DNA of 64,000 bases, from assembly GCF_009914755.1 (NCBI RefSeq), contig NC_060929.1. One strand, given 5' to 3'. Shown here piece after piece: positions 43,131-59,130 of the stretch. The notes beneath the pieces were generated by a model, which was given only the letters and a program-made list of their open reading frames with translations, was not told where the DNA came from and searched no databases. Position 1 is the first letter of the stretch, and each line of letters starts with the position of its first letter. Origin of the DNA: the human T2T-CHM13v2.0 reference genome, Homo sapiens. The translations under genes were made by a program, and so were the position numbers.

Positions 43131-43942
43131 CTACTGAAAAGTAAACCAAGGCTGTAAAAAGGTGACTATGAAGAAACCCTAAATCAATATTGATGTAGTT
43201 AAGATAATTTGAAATATTTTTATAAACTCTTTTTCTTGCAAAAAATCTGCTGCTTCTACCTCTTATTGCCTATCTTAGTAAATGTGACCAATAATCATCT
43301 TTTAATACAGGCCAGAGAACATAGACTCATCCTAGATTTCTACTACTTTTACACTACCAAAGGACCAAATCTTACAGGTTTAGAATACGAATGATTCAAA
43401 CAGCTATCATTTACTCAGCATCTGTGGTCATAAACTGTGCAAGTTACTTGATCTGTGATTCTTGTATCTCTCATTTCATGAACACAATTTTAGGTAGGTA
43501 TTATTATCCCTACCTAAGATTCACAAAGTTGCATTAATTTGTTTAAATTACATTGTCAATAAGTGACTGAACTGGGGATTGGCCCACACTCTTTCAACTA
43601 TACCATACTATATTGATTATTAAGTATCTCTGCTGTGTAACCCATCTTTTCCATCCCCATTGCCATACCCTTCAATCATCTCATCATCTCATCTTCATTA
43701 GTACAAAATGTTCTTTAACAGATTTTGCTGCTTTTAGTGTCAAAATTCTCATACTCTCATCCATCCATATCCTGTTGACTATTATCTAAAGGGCACATTT
43801 GATTATGCCACACCCTTGTGAACAATCACAACTGTTTATTACAAGATAAATACAGTTTCATACATTCATAAGGCACTTCTAAATGCCTCCTTCCCTCACT
43901 AGTTTCTTATTCGCCCAGACTATCTTCATCCTTTGCACACAG

Positions 43943-43945
<3 letters not shown>

Positions 43946-43988
<43 letters not shown>
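43946..43988. repeat. (CA)21 microsatellite within an L2 remnant
   Basis: Read directly; flanks are L2-like (GATTATGCCACACCCTTG). Confidence 0.95.
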
Positions 43989-43989
<1 letters not shown>

Positions 43990-45253
43990 ATGCTCCAGTA
44001 AAATTAAACATTGGAAAGGTCTCTTTTTTCTCTTGCTGCTTAAACAGAAGGAAAGGTCTCTGAATGCACATTAGTGTTTCATGTTTGTATACACTTATTT
44101 ATTTAAATCCCCTTTGTTGTGATTGCCATAGTATTTTTTTCTTAATCCAACTACAAACTCAATTCATGTCTTGTTGCTTTATGCATTCTTTCCCACATTC
44201 TTCTTGCCCTTATCCCAGTCTGAGTTATATATCTCTCTCTGTGTTTGCATACTTTTTATAGGACTATGTTGTAATTGTTGATTTTATTTTCTTTATATAT
44301 CACATACAACGTAAGAATTTTCAGGATATAATTTTAAAGAAGACTAGGAAATCATCAATTTTTTAAGATTTTAATGAAAGAACCAACAGCTACATTTCTG
44401 AAAGGGTTTAAGTCAAGTCAGTATGTAGGCAGTGATAAGGGCCATACTCTCACAATTCCAGCTTCGTAGCATGTAGTTAAGCTAATAAATATTTCCTAAG
44501 CAGGTCGGCAAATGAACACTGCTATAAAAGAATCTTACATGATTATTTGTTTCATTTTGAAAATATACTCTTTTTATCCAATGAAAATATGCATTAGACT
44601 GCTGAGAAGGATGTATTAGAATGCTAAGTGTGGGTAAACAATAATTTTGCCTTGTGTAAAGAAATATGTGGTTTAAAAAAGCAAATCTATTTATGTGCAC
44701 TAGTCTGAATATCAAGCTCATAAGCTTAAATTAATTTGGTGCTCATGTTGATTCAGAAATCGTATTTAGTCATTCACTCAACAGATACGTATTGAACGTC
44801 CCAAATAGAGGAGGAGAGGAAAGGATAGCTCATTTGTGGACGAAAGATGTGACATACAACAATGCTAGTCCAGATAGGAGAGGAACTGAGTGGTGAAAAT
44901 GCACTGTGGGCACTGAGAACAGTGAATAGGAAGCAGTGGGAAGCTGAAGGGGCGTGTGTGCCAATGTCTGAAGGTATGATTTTGCCCTGAGGGCACTGTA
45001 ATCCATTTAAAAATCACAAATTGATTATAGTCTGAGAAATATTACTCTAGCACCATCATGAAGCTCAGATAGGAGAAGACCTATTGAGTAGGGTTGTTAT
45101 GAAGTAAACTGTTGGTTGACAATAGGAGGACAAGATTGGAGGCTAGTCAAGCAGGCCTGGAGATGAAGCATATAAAAGTCAGTGACATGGGATAAGGAAT
45201 GACCAGCAATGAACAAGATGAGGAAGTTCTCACAGAATTTGGTTTCTGATGAT

Positions 45254-45729
45254 TACATTAGTTTCCTTTTGCTGCTGTGACAAATAATTACAAGCTTAGT
45301 GGCTTAAAATAATATAAATTTGTTATGTTACACTTCTGCAGATTAGACATCTGAAATCAGTTTCATTGAGATAAATCAAAGTGACAGCAAGGCTATGTTT
45401 CTTCTACAGACTCTAAGAATAATCTGTTTTCTTGCTTTTTCCAGTTTCTAGAGGTCACCTGCATGCCTTGGCCTGTAGATCCTTCCTCCATCTTTAAAGC
45501 TAGCAGCACAGTGCCTTCCAAACTCTTTCTCTGTGAACTCTGCTTCCTGACTTTGCCTCTCTCTCATAAGAATTCTGTGATTCCACTGGGCCCACCTTTA
45601 TAATCCACGATAATCACTTCATCTCAAGATCCTTAACCTAATCCCTCATGCAATGTAAGATAATGTATTCTTAGGTTCCAGAGATTAGAATGTGACATTT
45701 GGTCAGGGAGAATTATTCTGTCTACCATG
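45254..45729 (-). mobile_element. MLT1D-like MaLR solo LTR inserted in an antisense L2
   Basis: TACATTAGTTTCCT..GCTTAGTGGCTTAAAA..TTTTCCAGTTTCTAGAGG..ATTATTCTGTCTACCA; TSD ATGAT/ATGGT. Confidence 0.85.
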
Positions 45730-46559
45730 ATGGTAAAGGAAAGGTTGAGTTGTAGATTGAAATTCACATATTTGTCTCAGAAGTTGGTAACAGTATTTAC
45801 TGATACAGATAATGAAGGGAAAGAAGGGTGAAGTAAAAGGGAATGCATCTTTGTATGGCATTTTGAATTTGTGCTAACTCAATATGGGATATCATATAGC
45901 TGACCAAAAGAAAGGTGGCCATATGTACTAAAAGCTTAGCAGAGAGGATTTGTCAGGATGTATTGATTTCAGGGTCATCAATATTTAAATGAATGGTAGG
46001 AATCCCACTTCAGGTCACGAAGAAGTAACTGGTTCTGAACTTGCTCTCTTTCTGTCAGCTATAAAACTTGACAAATATATAAGGTGTTGATTTTCAGGCA
46101 ATAAACAACAGGCATTAAAAAGTATAATTCTTTGGCATTGGAAATCTTACAAGATTTATCCACAGACAACTTTGCTCTTTGCTTGGGGACTAGCTCCTGA
46201 CCAGAGTGCAAGGAGCTCTAACACTAGGTATGATGATCCCATTGAATGAAGTGGCAGAGATCAGAATTCAGAAATGGGCACCAGAGAGGAGGAGACTAAA
46301 CAGATACAGTACTCAGGTATTTATGGGAGGTTTTTTTCTAAGTTGTTGACTGTAGGCTTGGGTGCACAAGTACAGAGTAAGACTGGTAGGCTTACCAGGG
46401 AGTAGCTGCTTCACAGTTGAGAGCTGAACAGAGATATTAATAGTGGTGAGAGACATTAGAGCTCCATTTCAGCCAAAGAGGAGAGAATTTTCTTAAAGTT
46501 GTGGATATCCATCTGAAGCAATAAAATGCCCACCTAAGGTGTAAGAAAAATGTCTTATA

Positions 46560-46782
46560 AAAGAGTCAGCAATTTTTCAGGGTATGGTGAGAGAGTAAAC
46601 ATTTTAAGCTTTGTAGGCCATGTGGTCTGTGTTATGGTTACTCAACTCTGCTCTGTAGAACAAAATAGTCATAGATGATACATTAACAAATGGATGAGAC
46701 TTTGTTTCATTGAAACTGCACTTACGAAGTCAAGAGGCAGGCTTGATTTGGCACTATACAGGCTGTAGTTTGCCAGTCCATG
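46560..46782. mobile_element. MER58A hAT-Charlie MITE
   Basis: GTCAGCAA..GTAAACATTTTAAGCTTTGTAGGCCA..ACTCAACTCTGC..GGCTGTAGTTTGCCA. Confidence 0.8.
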
Positions 46783-47367
46783 TCCTGGAGTAAGGCCTAG
46801 TCGCAATCTAACAACCCCCCACCCCTAGAAAAAACAAACAAACAAACCCTGAACTCCCCCTAAAATCCCTGAAAACAAGCCGTGGTAAGATCCCATGAGA
46901 GAACCAGAGATTGAATCTGCAAAGTTAGAGAGAAAGGAGGACCTCTTGGGCTTGCCACAATTCTGCCTTATAAAAACATACAAACAAGCCTAAATAAGGT
47001 GATCAGCTTTTATATGAGCAAACTAAAGAAATAAAAATTAACATTCTCTAGAGGACAATAACGGAATGTAGATTCTTCACAATTCTTTCCTCATATGTTC
47101 ACCATACAATAAAAAATACTAGATGATCAAAGAAATAGGAAAATGTGATCCATATCCATGGAAAAATGCAATTAATATAAAATAACCCTGACATCTCCCA
47201 GATGTCAGATATAACAGAATAAAGCATAATAACTGTTTTCTATGATGAAGTACTTAAGGAAGCCTTAATAAGTCTTAATATGTGAACAGACAGAAAACCT
47301 CAGCAGAAAAATGAAAATTATGAAAAGAAACCAAATGGAAATTCTAGATTTAAAATCACAATAAGTG

Positions 47368-47661
47368 GGCCAGGCACAGCTATAATCCAAGTGCTTTTGC
47401 AGGCCAAGGTGGGAGAATCGCATGAGCCCAGGAGTCTGAATCTGGCCTGAGCAACATAGTGAGACCCTGTCTCTACAAAAATAAAAATAAAAATAAATAG
47501 CCAGGCGTGGTGGCACACACCTGTAGTTCCAGCTACTGAAGAGGTTGAGGTGGGAGGATAGCCTGAGCCCAGGAGTTTGGAGCTGCAGAGAGCTATGATG
47601 TGCCACTGCACTCCAGCTTGGGTGGCAGAGCAAGACCCCGTCTCTAAAAATAAATAAATAA
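47368..47661 (+). mobile_element. AluJ
   Basis: GAGCCCAGGAGT..GCAACATAGTGAGACCCTGTCTCTAC, GAGGTGGGAGGATAGCCTGAGCCCAGGAGTTTG. Confidence 0.9.
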
Positions 47662-48311
47662 TCACTGAAAAAGCACTTACCAGCATATTGGGAATGGCAG
47701 AAAAGAGACTCAGTATATTTGACAGATCATTAAAAATATCCAAAATGAAGGAATAAGAATAAAAATTCAAGAAAAATAAATCAAGTTACAGAGCTGTATG
47801 GCACAATATTGAGCAATCTAGCATTCACGTAAGTTTATACCCCAAAAGAGAAAATCATGAGAATATAATAGAACAAATATCGAAAAAAGAAATGGTTAAA
47901 ATGTTCCCAGTTTAATAAAATGATTTGAGTTACTTACTTTCTGAGTTACTCTTACCTTCCTGTAAGAGAAATTCAAGCAAGATAAACAGATAGGAAACCG
48001 TGTTTGGGAACATTATAGTTGAACTTCTACATACCAAAGAAAAAGGAAAAATCTTTAAAGCAGCCAAAGAAAAAAGAAAACCAATGAAAAAAAGAAAAAA
48101 ACACTGTAAAGAAAGGAACAATGAGATGCATGATGAATGACTTTATGTAAGAAATTAGAAGGCCTGAAGAAAAGGAAACATCTTTGAAGTGATGAAAGAA
48201 TCAATTGAGAATTCCATACACATCAAAGTTATACTTCAATATTAACAGTAAAATAAAGACATTTTGAGATAAAAACTGGGAGAGTTACTTTCCAATAAAT
48301 CTACCAGTCAA

Positions 48312-48623
<312 letters not shown>

Positions 48624-48999
48624 TTAAGAAATGTTAAATGATGTGCTTCAGGATGAAGGATTTGATGTTTGTTGAAAATGTGACTATATCAGAAAGAATT
48701 TATACATAAATGGGTAAATATAAATTTTTTTCTTTTCATAACTTCCCTAAAATACAACTTATGTTAGAGCAACAAATATTTAATATTATAAATATGAAGA
48801 TACAAAAACAATAGCACGAAGGTTCAGGAAATGGGCTAATGGAATTCTACCATTGTAAGGTTATTGCATTTGTCAAGTTGGAAGTGGGAAGTATAAAATG
48901 TGAAGGATACAATCTTGACTCTAAACAAACTTTAATGAATTAAGGACGTATAACTTTTAGCCTTAGACCAATGATGAGAAATGCTTTTAAAGAGATTCT

Positions 49000-49855
49000 T
49001 TTGGCAGATAGACCTGAATTTATCCTAATCATCCTCACCTTCTGGTATTCACACCATGATATAATTCCCTCCTCTCGACTGTAGACAAGACCTATTTTTT
49101 GTTTGTAACTGGCAGTATATGACAAACATGATGGTTTATCACTCCTGTGATTATGTTATAGTGTATAAGACTCCATCTTGCTCACAGACTTGCTCTTTCT
49201 ATCCTGCTGGCTTTGATGAAGTAGGATCCATGTTGTGAACTGTCTCTGAACAGGGCCATATGGCAGGGAACTGCAAGTGTATTTGTTGGGAGAAAAGCTG
49301 AGTGTTGGAAGAGAAGCTGAGGCACGGCTTGCATGTCTGCTAGACTTGCTGGCTCCTTGTTTCTAGCACTCCCATTATCTCAAGCAGCCATGTTTCCCAT
49401 TCACTTGATACACTGTTTCCTTTCAACCCCCACATCCTCACCACCTGTTTGTCTGTTTGAGCACTACTAAATAGTGTGGGCTCCCAGAGCTCGGGGACTT
49501 TGCAGTCTCCACACTCACGATAGCCCCCTGGTCCCACTTTCTCTCTCAAACTGTCTTTTTCTCATTCCTTTGACTCTGCTGGACTTCATAGCCCCCATGA
49601 CCTGGTGTTGGGTCTGATCACACCAACAGTACTGGACTAGTCAAGGGTGGCTTCAAGTAAGAACCTGAAATCCTCAGACACAGCCATAAGAAAATGAATT
49701 CTGCCAACAACCTGAATGTGCTCAGAAGTGAATTCTTCCCTAGCCAAATCTTCATGTGAGTTTGCAGTTTGGCTGACATGGTGATTGCAGTCTTCTAGAA
49801 TTTTGATCAGATGGCAGAGCTAAGCCACGCCTGGACTTCTGACGCATAGAAACAG
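49000..49855 (+). mobile_element. MLT1E-type MaLR LTR split by LTR14A
   Basis: ATCACTCCTGTGATTATGTTA..CTGCTGGCTTTGATGAAG..ATGAATTCTGCCAACAACCTGAATG..GCCTGGACTTCTGAC. Confidence 0.75.
49284..49628 (+). mobile_element. LTR14A-like solo LTR (HERV-K14 / HML-1)
   Basis: Starts TGTTGGGAGAAAAGCTGAG, ends GATCACACCAACA, 345 bp, TSD GTATT/GTACT. Confidence 0.8.
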
Positions 49856-49871
49856 TTTTAAAATCAATCAT

Positions 49872-49938
49872 CATGTCATAAGTTTATCTATGTAACAAAC
49901 CTGCATTTGTACCCCTGAACTGAAAAGTTAAAAAAAAA
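49872..49938 (+). mobile_element. Old L1PA (about L1PA15-16) 3'-terminal fragment
   Basis: TATGTAACAAACCTGCATTTGTACCCCTGAAC..AAAGTTAAAAAAA. Confidence 0.7.
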
Positions 49939-49939
49939 A

Positions 49940-52900
49940 TTGATAACTTAGATAAAACTGACAAATTTGTTGAAAACTACAACTTAAAATTTGCACACGA
50001 ATAATTGAAATCTGAATAGGTCTGTACCTAAAAATTAATTTGTAGTCATAGTAATTTCCAAAATGAAAATCATGGAAGGTTTATGTGGCAAATTCTACCA
50101 TTTAAGGAAAAAATATGTCAACTTACATAAATTCCAAAACAAAAGAAGAGGAAATAATTTCTGACTTATTTACTGAAGCAGGTATAACTTAACACCAAAA
50201 CCAGATAAAGATATTATAAGAAAGTGTAAGCCAATATCCTTTAAGAATATAGAAGCAAAAATGTGCCTTAAAATATTAGCGAATTTAAACCAGAACTGTA
50301 TGAAGAGAAACTACATCATGGCTAAATGAGCATTTATCAACAATTCTAAAATCATCAATGAAAGTTATCGCATTATCAAAATAAAAGAGAAAAATCATAT
50401 CTCAATAGATGTAGAAAAATTATTTGACAAAATCATGCCTATTCATGATCAAATAATTCAGCACATTAGGGATAGAAGGAAATTTTATAAACTTGTAAAA
50501 GTCATATATGAAAAGCCTCCATCTAGCATCATATTTTATGGTGAAATATCAAGAAATTTCTTTCTAAGATTGGGAATGAGACATGAATATCCATTTGTAC
50601 AATTTTTACTCAATATTATTCTTGCAATAACATTTCTAAATATGATTTCTAAATAACAAATCTCATTTCTAAATCTGCATTAGTTCTCCAATGTAACTGC
50701 AACAAATTACCACAGATTAGTAGCTTAAAACAATACAAATTTATTCTCATAGTTTTGGACGTCAGAAGTCTAAAAAGAAGGTGTCAGCAGGGCCGTGTTC
50801 CTTCTGGAACCTTTGGAGGTTTTCTTTATGTTTCCAGCTTCTAATGGCTACCTGCATTCCTTGGTTCCCAGGTTCTCTCCATTTTCAAAGCACATCACTC
50901 TGACCTCTAGTTCTGTCACATATATATATATATTATTTGATCCTTCTACTTCCATTTTTTAACAAACTTATTCATTACATTGAACCTACATGAATAATTC
51001 AGAATAATTTTTCTAACTCAAAATTCTTAGCTTAATCACATCTGCAAAGTCTCATCTGCCACATAAGGTAATATATTTATAGGTCCCAGGAATTAGAATG
51101 TGAAGATCTTTGGGAAAGACTGTTATTCAGTCAAACTCAATAAACACCATGGAGGAAAAACCTATAGCTAGTATTACACTTAATGGTGAAATATTGAGCA
51201 TTTTCACCATAAGAATGGGAATAAGACAAGGATGTTCAGTGTAGTTATCTCAAAGGTTTAGACATTACTTGGAAGCTTAGGCTCCCAGGTGAAATCAGTT
51301 AGGCTTCTTGTGACCCAGCTATATAAGTCATACCACATAATTTCTTCCACAGTCTATTGTTTATGCCAGTCCCAAGGAGAGGGGTTATTAATTCTATCTC
51401 TTAGGTGGGGATAGCAGAAATTTGTTACCATCTTTAATCTATCACATTTTCCATTCTCCTCAAATTGATTAATAGATTCACCATAATTTCAATAAAAATT
51501 ACAACATACTGTTTTTTCTTTTGATAGAGATTAGCAGACTAATTCTAAAGCTCAAAATAGAAATGCAAAGGACCTAGGATTACTCAAATAATTCTGAAAA
51601 ATAAGAACACACTTGGGAGATATACATTACCTTATTTCAATACTTAAATGAAAGTTGTAGTTCAAGACTATAAAGTATTTATGTGATGACAGAGTCCAGA
51701 CCTGTGGATACATGGCATATTGATTTTCAAAAGTTATCCCTGTGATGAGGGATAATGGTATTATCAACAAGTGTTGCTGGAACAACTAGATATTTGATGA
51801 AAAAATATGAACCATGACCTCAGTTGAAACCATACATAGAAAAATAAAAAGTTATCATAGACCTAAATGCAAATCTACAAGTATAAAACTTGTTGAAGGA
51901 ATCCTAGAAGATATCTTCATGATATTGAGATGGACAAAGATTATTAGATAGGATACAAAAAGCATGAAACATAAAAGGAAAGGTAGATTTGATTCATTAA
52001 AATAAAAAATATTTGACTCTTCAAATGACATTCTTGAGAAAATTAAATGATAAGCCACTTACATGGAGGTAATATTTGTAAGACATATATTTGACAAAGT
52101 TCTTGTATTTAGAATACAACTCAATAATAATAATAAAATAACACAATTAAAATAAATGGGCAAAATATTTTAATCAACACTTAAAAATGGATGACATATG
52201 AATGGAAAATAAGCACATACAAATATTTTCAAGATTTTATTCATCAAAGATATGCAAATTAAAACTACAATGAGATGATACTTCACAGACACTGGAGTAG
52301 CAAAAATTAAAAACTATTAGTGAGGCTGTTGATGAATAACTGCAAATCTCATAAATTACTGGAAAAGATGTAAAATGTTATAAACACTTTGGGAGACTCC
52401 TCGGTTGTTTCATGTAAACAGAGTCTTACCATTTGGCCCAGTCATTAATTTCTTTTCTAAAAATTTACCCCCCAAAATAACAACCTATATCCACCAAGAT
52501 GATTGTGTGCAAATGTTTATACTGGCTTTACTCATATTATCACAAACTGGAAACAACCCAAATGTCTATCACTAAGTGAATCGATTAAATAGATTGTGGT
52601 ATATTCATATAGTGGACTGCTACTTAACAATAAAACAAATTAACATGGGCAAAACAACATATATGACTCCCAAAAATATTATGCTGAACAAAGAAGTCAC
52701 TCCCAGGAATGCACATTATGTATTTTTTTCACTTATATAAATTGCTAGAAAAATGCACCATGATAGAGCTTATTCTGGGCCATAAAGCAAGTCAGTAAAT
52801 GGAACAGAATTACGGTCATACAAAAATATATTCTCCGACTTCAATGTAATTAAATTAAGAATAAACTATGATATCCAGGAAAACCCCCAAGTAACATAAA

Positions 52901-53980
52901 ATCAAATAACACTTTTAAATAGTTGATGGCTCAAAAACAAAATCACAAGGGAAGTGGAAAATATTATCAACTGAATCATAATGAAAATACAATATATTGA
53001 AATCTGCTGGATGCAGTTAAAGCCGTCCTTAGAGAGAAATTTACAGGTTTACGTGCTTATATTAGAAAAGAAGAAAGTTCTCAAATTAATGATCTCTGTT
53101 TTTACCTTAAAAAGTCAAAAGAAGAAAGACAAGGAAAAGAGAAGAAAGAAGGAGACAAAGACGAGGAGCAACAAAAACTCTCAATGTAAATAGAAAAAAA
53201 GATTCAATGAAGACAGCAAAAATCAACAGAATAGAAAACAGAATGTTGAGAAAATTAATGAAACCGTAAGTTTTTTTTAATTACCACAAAAAGATGAACT
53301 AAAACTAGATGGATCAATAGCAAAAGAAGGATATCAAATTATCAATATCAGGAGGAAAAATAGGCTATCAGTAAAATCTGTGGATTTAAAATGATAAAAA
53401 GGGGATATTATGAACAACTTTATGCCAACAACTTTAATGACTTAGAGGAAGTGGATAATTTTCTGTAAAAATACAATCTTCTAGAACTGATAAAAGATAA
53501 AACAAAAAATAAGAATAACCCAATATCTACAAAAGAAATTGAATTTGTTACTAAAAACCTTTCCACATAAAACCTGTACATGAATGTTCATATCAACTGT
53601 ACTTATAATTCCTCAAAGCTAGAACAAAGCCAGATATGCATCAATGTGAGAATAAACACATTGTGTAATACTTATATAACTAAATAATACTTAGAACTAA
53701 AAATAAAGGACCTATGGATACAATATTAATATTAAAAAATTACTCAAAAGATTATATACTGTTTACTCCATGTATGTAAAATTCTGGCATTAGTAAAATG
53801 GAATAGATGAATTGTTGCCTTGAAGATGAGTGGCAGCAGAGAATGTCTCTGATGGGATCCGAGGAATTTCCTGGGGTTATAGTAATGTTTAATAATGTGA
53901 AAAAATTGGGATTATATAGGCATATGCATCTATCAAAGTTCAGTAAACACACACTTACCTTTGTATAACTCATATATTAA
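49940..53980 (+). mobile_element. Patchwork of old L1M/L1ME ORF2 and 3'UTR fragments
   Basis: Degenerate ORF2 motifs (CAATAGATGTAGAAAA..TTTGACAAAATC, TGGAAACAACCCAAATGTC, GATGCAGTTAAAGC..AGAGAAATTTA); the host 3'UTR continues after 60052. Confidence 0.7.
50677..51140 (-). mobile_element. MLT1C/D-like LTR
   Basis: TGCATTAGTT..ACAAATTACCACA..GCTTAAAACAA..GGTGTCAGCAGGGCCGTG..CACATCTGCAAAGTC. Confidence 0.8.
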
Positions 53981-54224
53981 TTTTATTTTTTTATAATTTT
54001 ATTTATTTATTTATTTTTTATTATACTTTAAGTTTTAGGGTACATGTGCACATTGTGCAGGTTAGTTACATAGGTATACATGTGCCATGCTGGTGCGCTG
54101 CACCCACTAACTCCTCATCCAGCATTAGATATATCTCCTAATGCTATCCCTCCCGCATCCCCCCACCCCACAACAGTCCCCAGAGTGTGATATTCCCCTT
54201 CCTGTGTCCATGTGATCTCATTGT

Positions 54225-58065
<3,841 letters not shown>

Positions 58066-58113
58066 TTATTTTGCTCGTTAGTTGATGCAGTTTCTTCCTA
58101 GTTTCGATGGTCT

Positions 58114-59130
58114 TTACATTTTGGCATGATTTTGCAGTGGCTGGTACCTGTTGTTCCTTTCCATGTTTAGTGCTTCCTTCAGGAGCTCTTGTAAGGCAGG
58201 CCTGATGGTGACAAAATCTCTCAGCATTTGCTTGTCTGTAAAGTATTTTATTTCTCCTTCACTTATGAAGCTTAGTTTGGCTGGATATGAAATTCTGGGT
58301 TGAAAATTCTTTTCTTTAAGAATGTTGAATATTGGCCCCCACTCTCTTCTGGCTTGTAGGGTTTCTGCCGAGAGATCCGCTGTTAGTCTGATGGGCTTCC
58401 CTTTGAGGGTAACCCGACCTTTCTGTCTGGCTGCCCTTAACATTTTTTTCTTCATTTCAACTTTGGTGAATCTGACAATTATGTGTCTTGGAGTTGCTCT
58501 TCTCGAGGAGTATCTTAGTGGCGTTCTCTGTATTTCCTGAATCTGAACGTTGGCCTGTCTTGCTAGATTGGGGAAGTTCTCCTGGATAATATCCTGCAGA
58601 GTGTTTTCCAACTTGGTTCCATTCTCCCCGTCACTTTCAGGTACACCAATCAGACGTAGATTTGGTCTTTTCACATAGTACCATGTTTCTTGGAGGCTTT
58701 GCTCATTTCTTTTTATTCTTTTTTCTCTAAACTTCCCTTCTCGCTTCATTTCATTCATTTCATCTTCCATCGCTGATACCCTTTCTTCCAGTTGATCACA
58801 TCAGCTCCTGAGGCTTCTGCATTCTTCACGTAGTTCTCGAGCCTTGGTTTTCAGCTCCATCAGCTCCTTTAAGCACTTCTCTGTGTTAGTTATTCTAGTT
58901 ATACATTCTTCTAAATTTTTTTCAAAGTTTTCAACTTCTTTGCCTTTGGTTTGAATGTCCTCCCGTAGCTCAGAGTAATTTGATTGTCTGAACCCTTCTT
59001 CTCTCAGCTCGTCAAAGTCATTCTCCATCCAGCTTTGTTCCGTTGCTGGTGAGGAACTGCGTTCCTTTGGGGGAGGAGAGGCGCTCTGCTTTTTAGAGTT
59101 TCCAGTTTTTCTGTTCTGTTTTTTCCCCAT
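58114..59130 (-). pseudogene. L1 ORF1 (338 codons) with a single nonsense codon
   Basis: 1017 bp in one frame, MGKKQNRK..QNHAKM*; CGA>TGA at codon 110 (58801-58803). Confidence 0.95.

Noticed and set aside
47265-47770. 122-aa and 150-aa minus-strand ORFs (similarly 7040-7345, 27850-28173, 29389-29679)
   Set aside because: Antisense Alu translations ([18 protein letters not shown]), a well-known artefact
54140-54175. G-quadruplex-forming tract in the L1 3'UTR (also 18300-18325)
   Set aside because: Standard feature of all L1PA 3'UTRs, not specific to this locus
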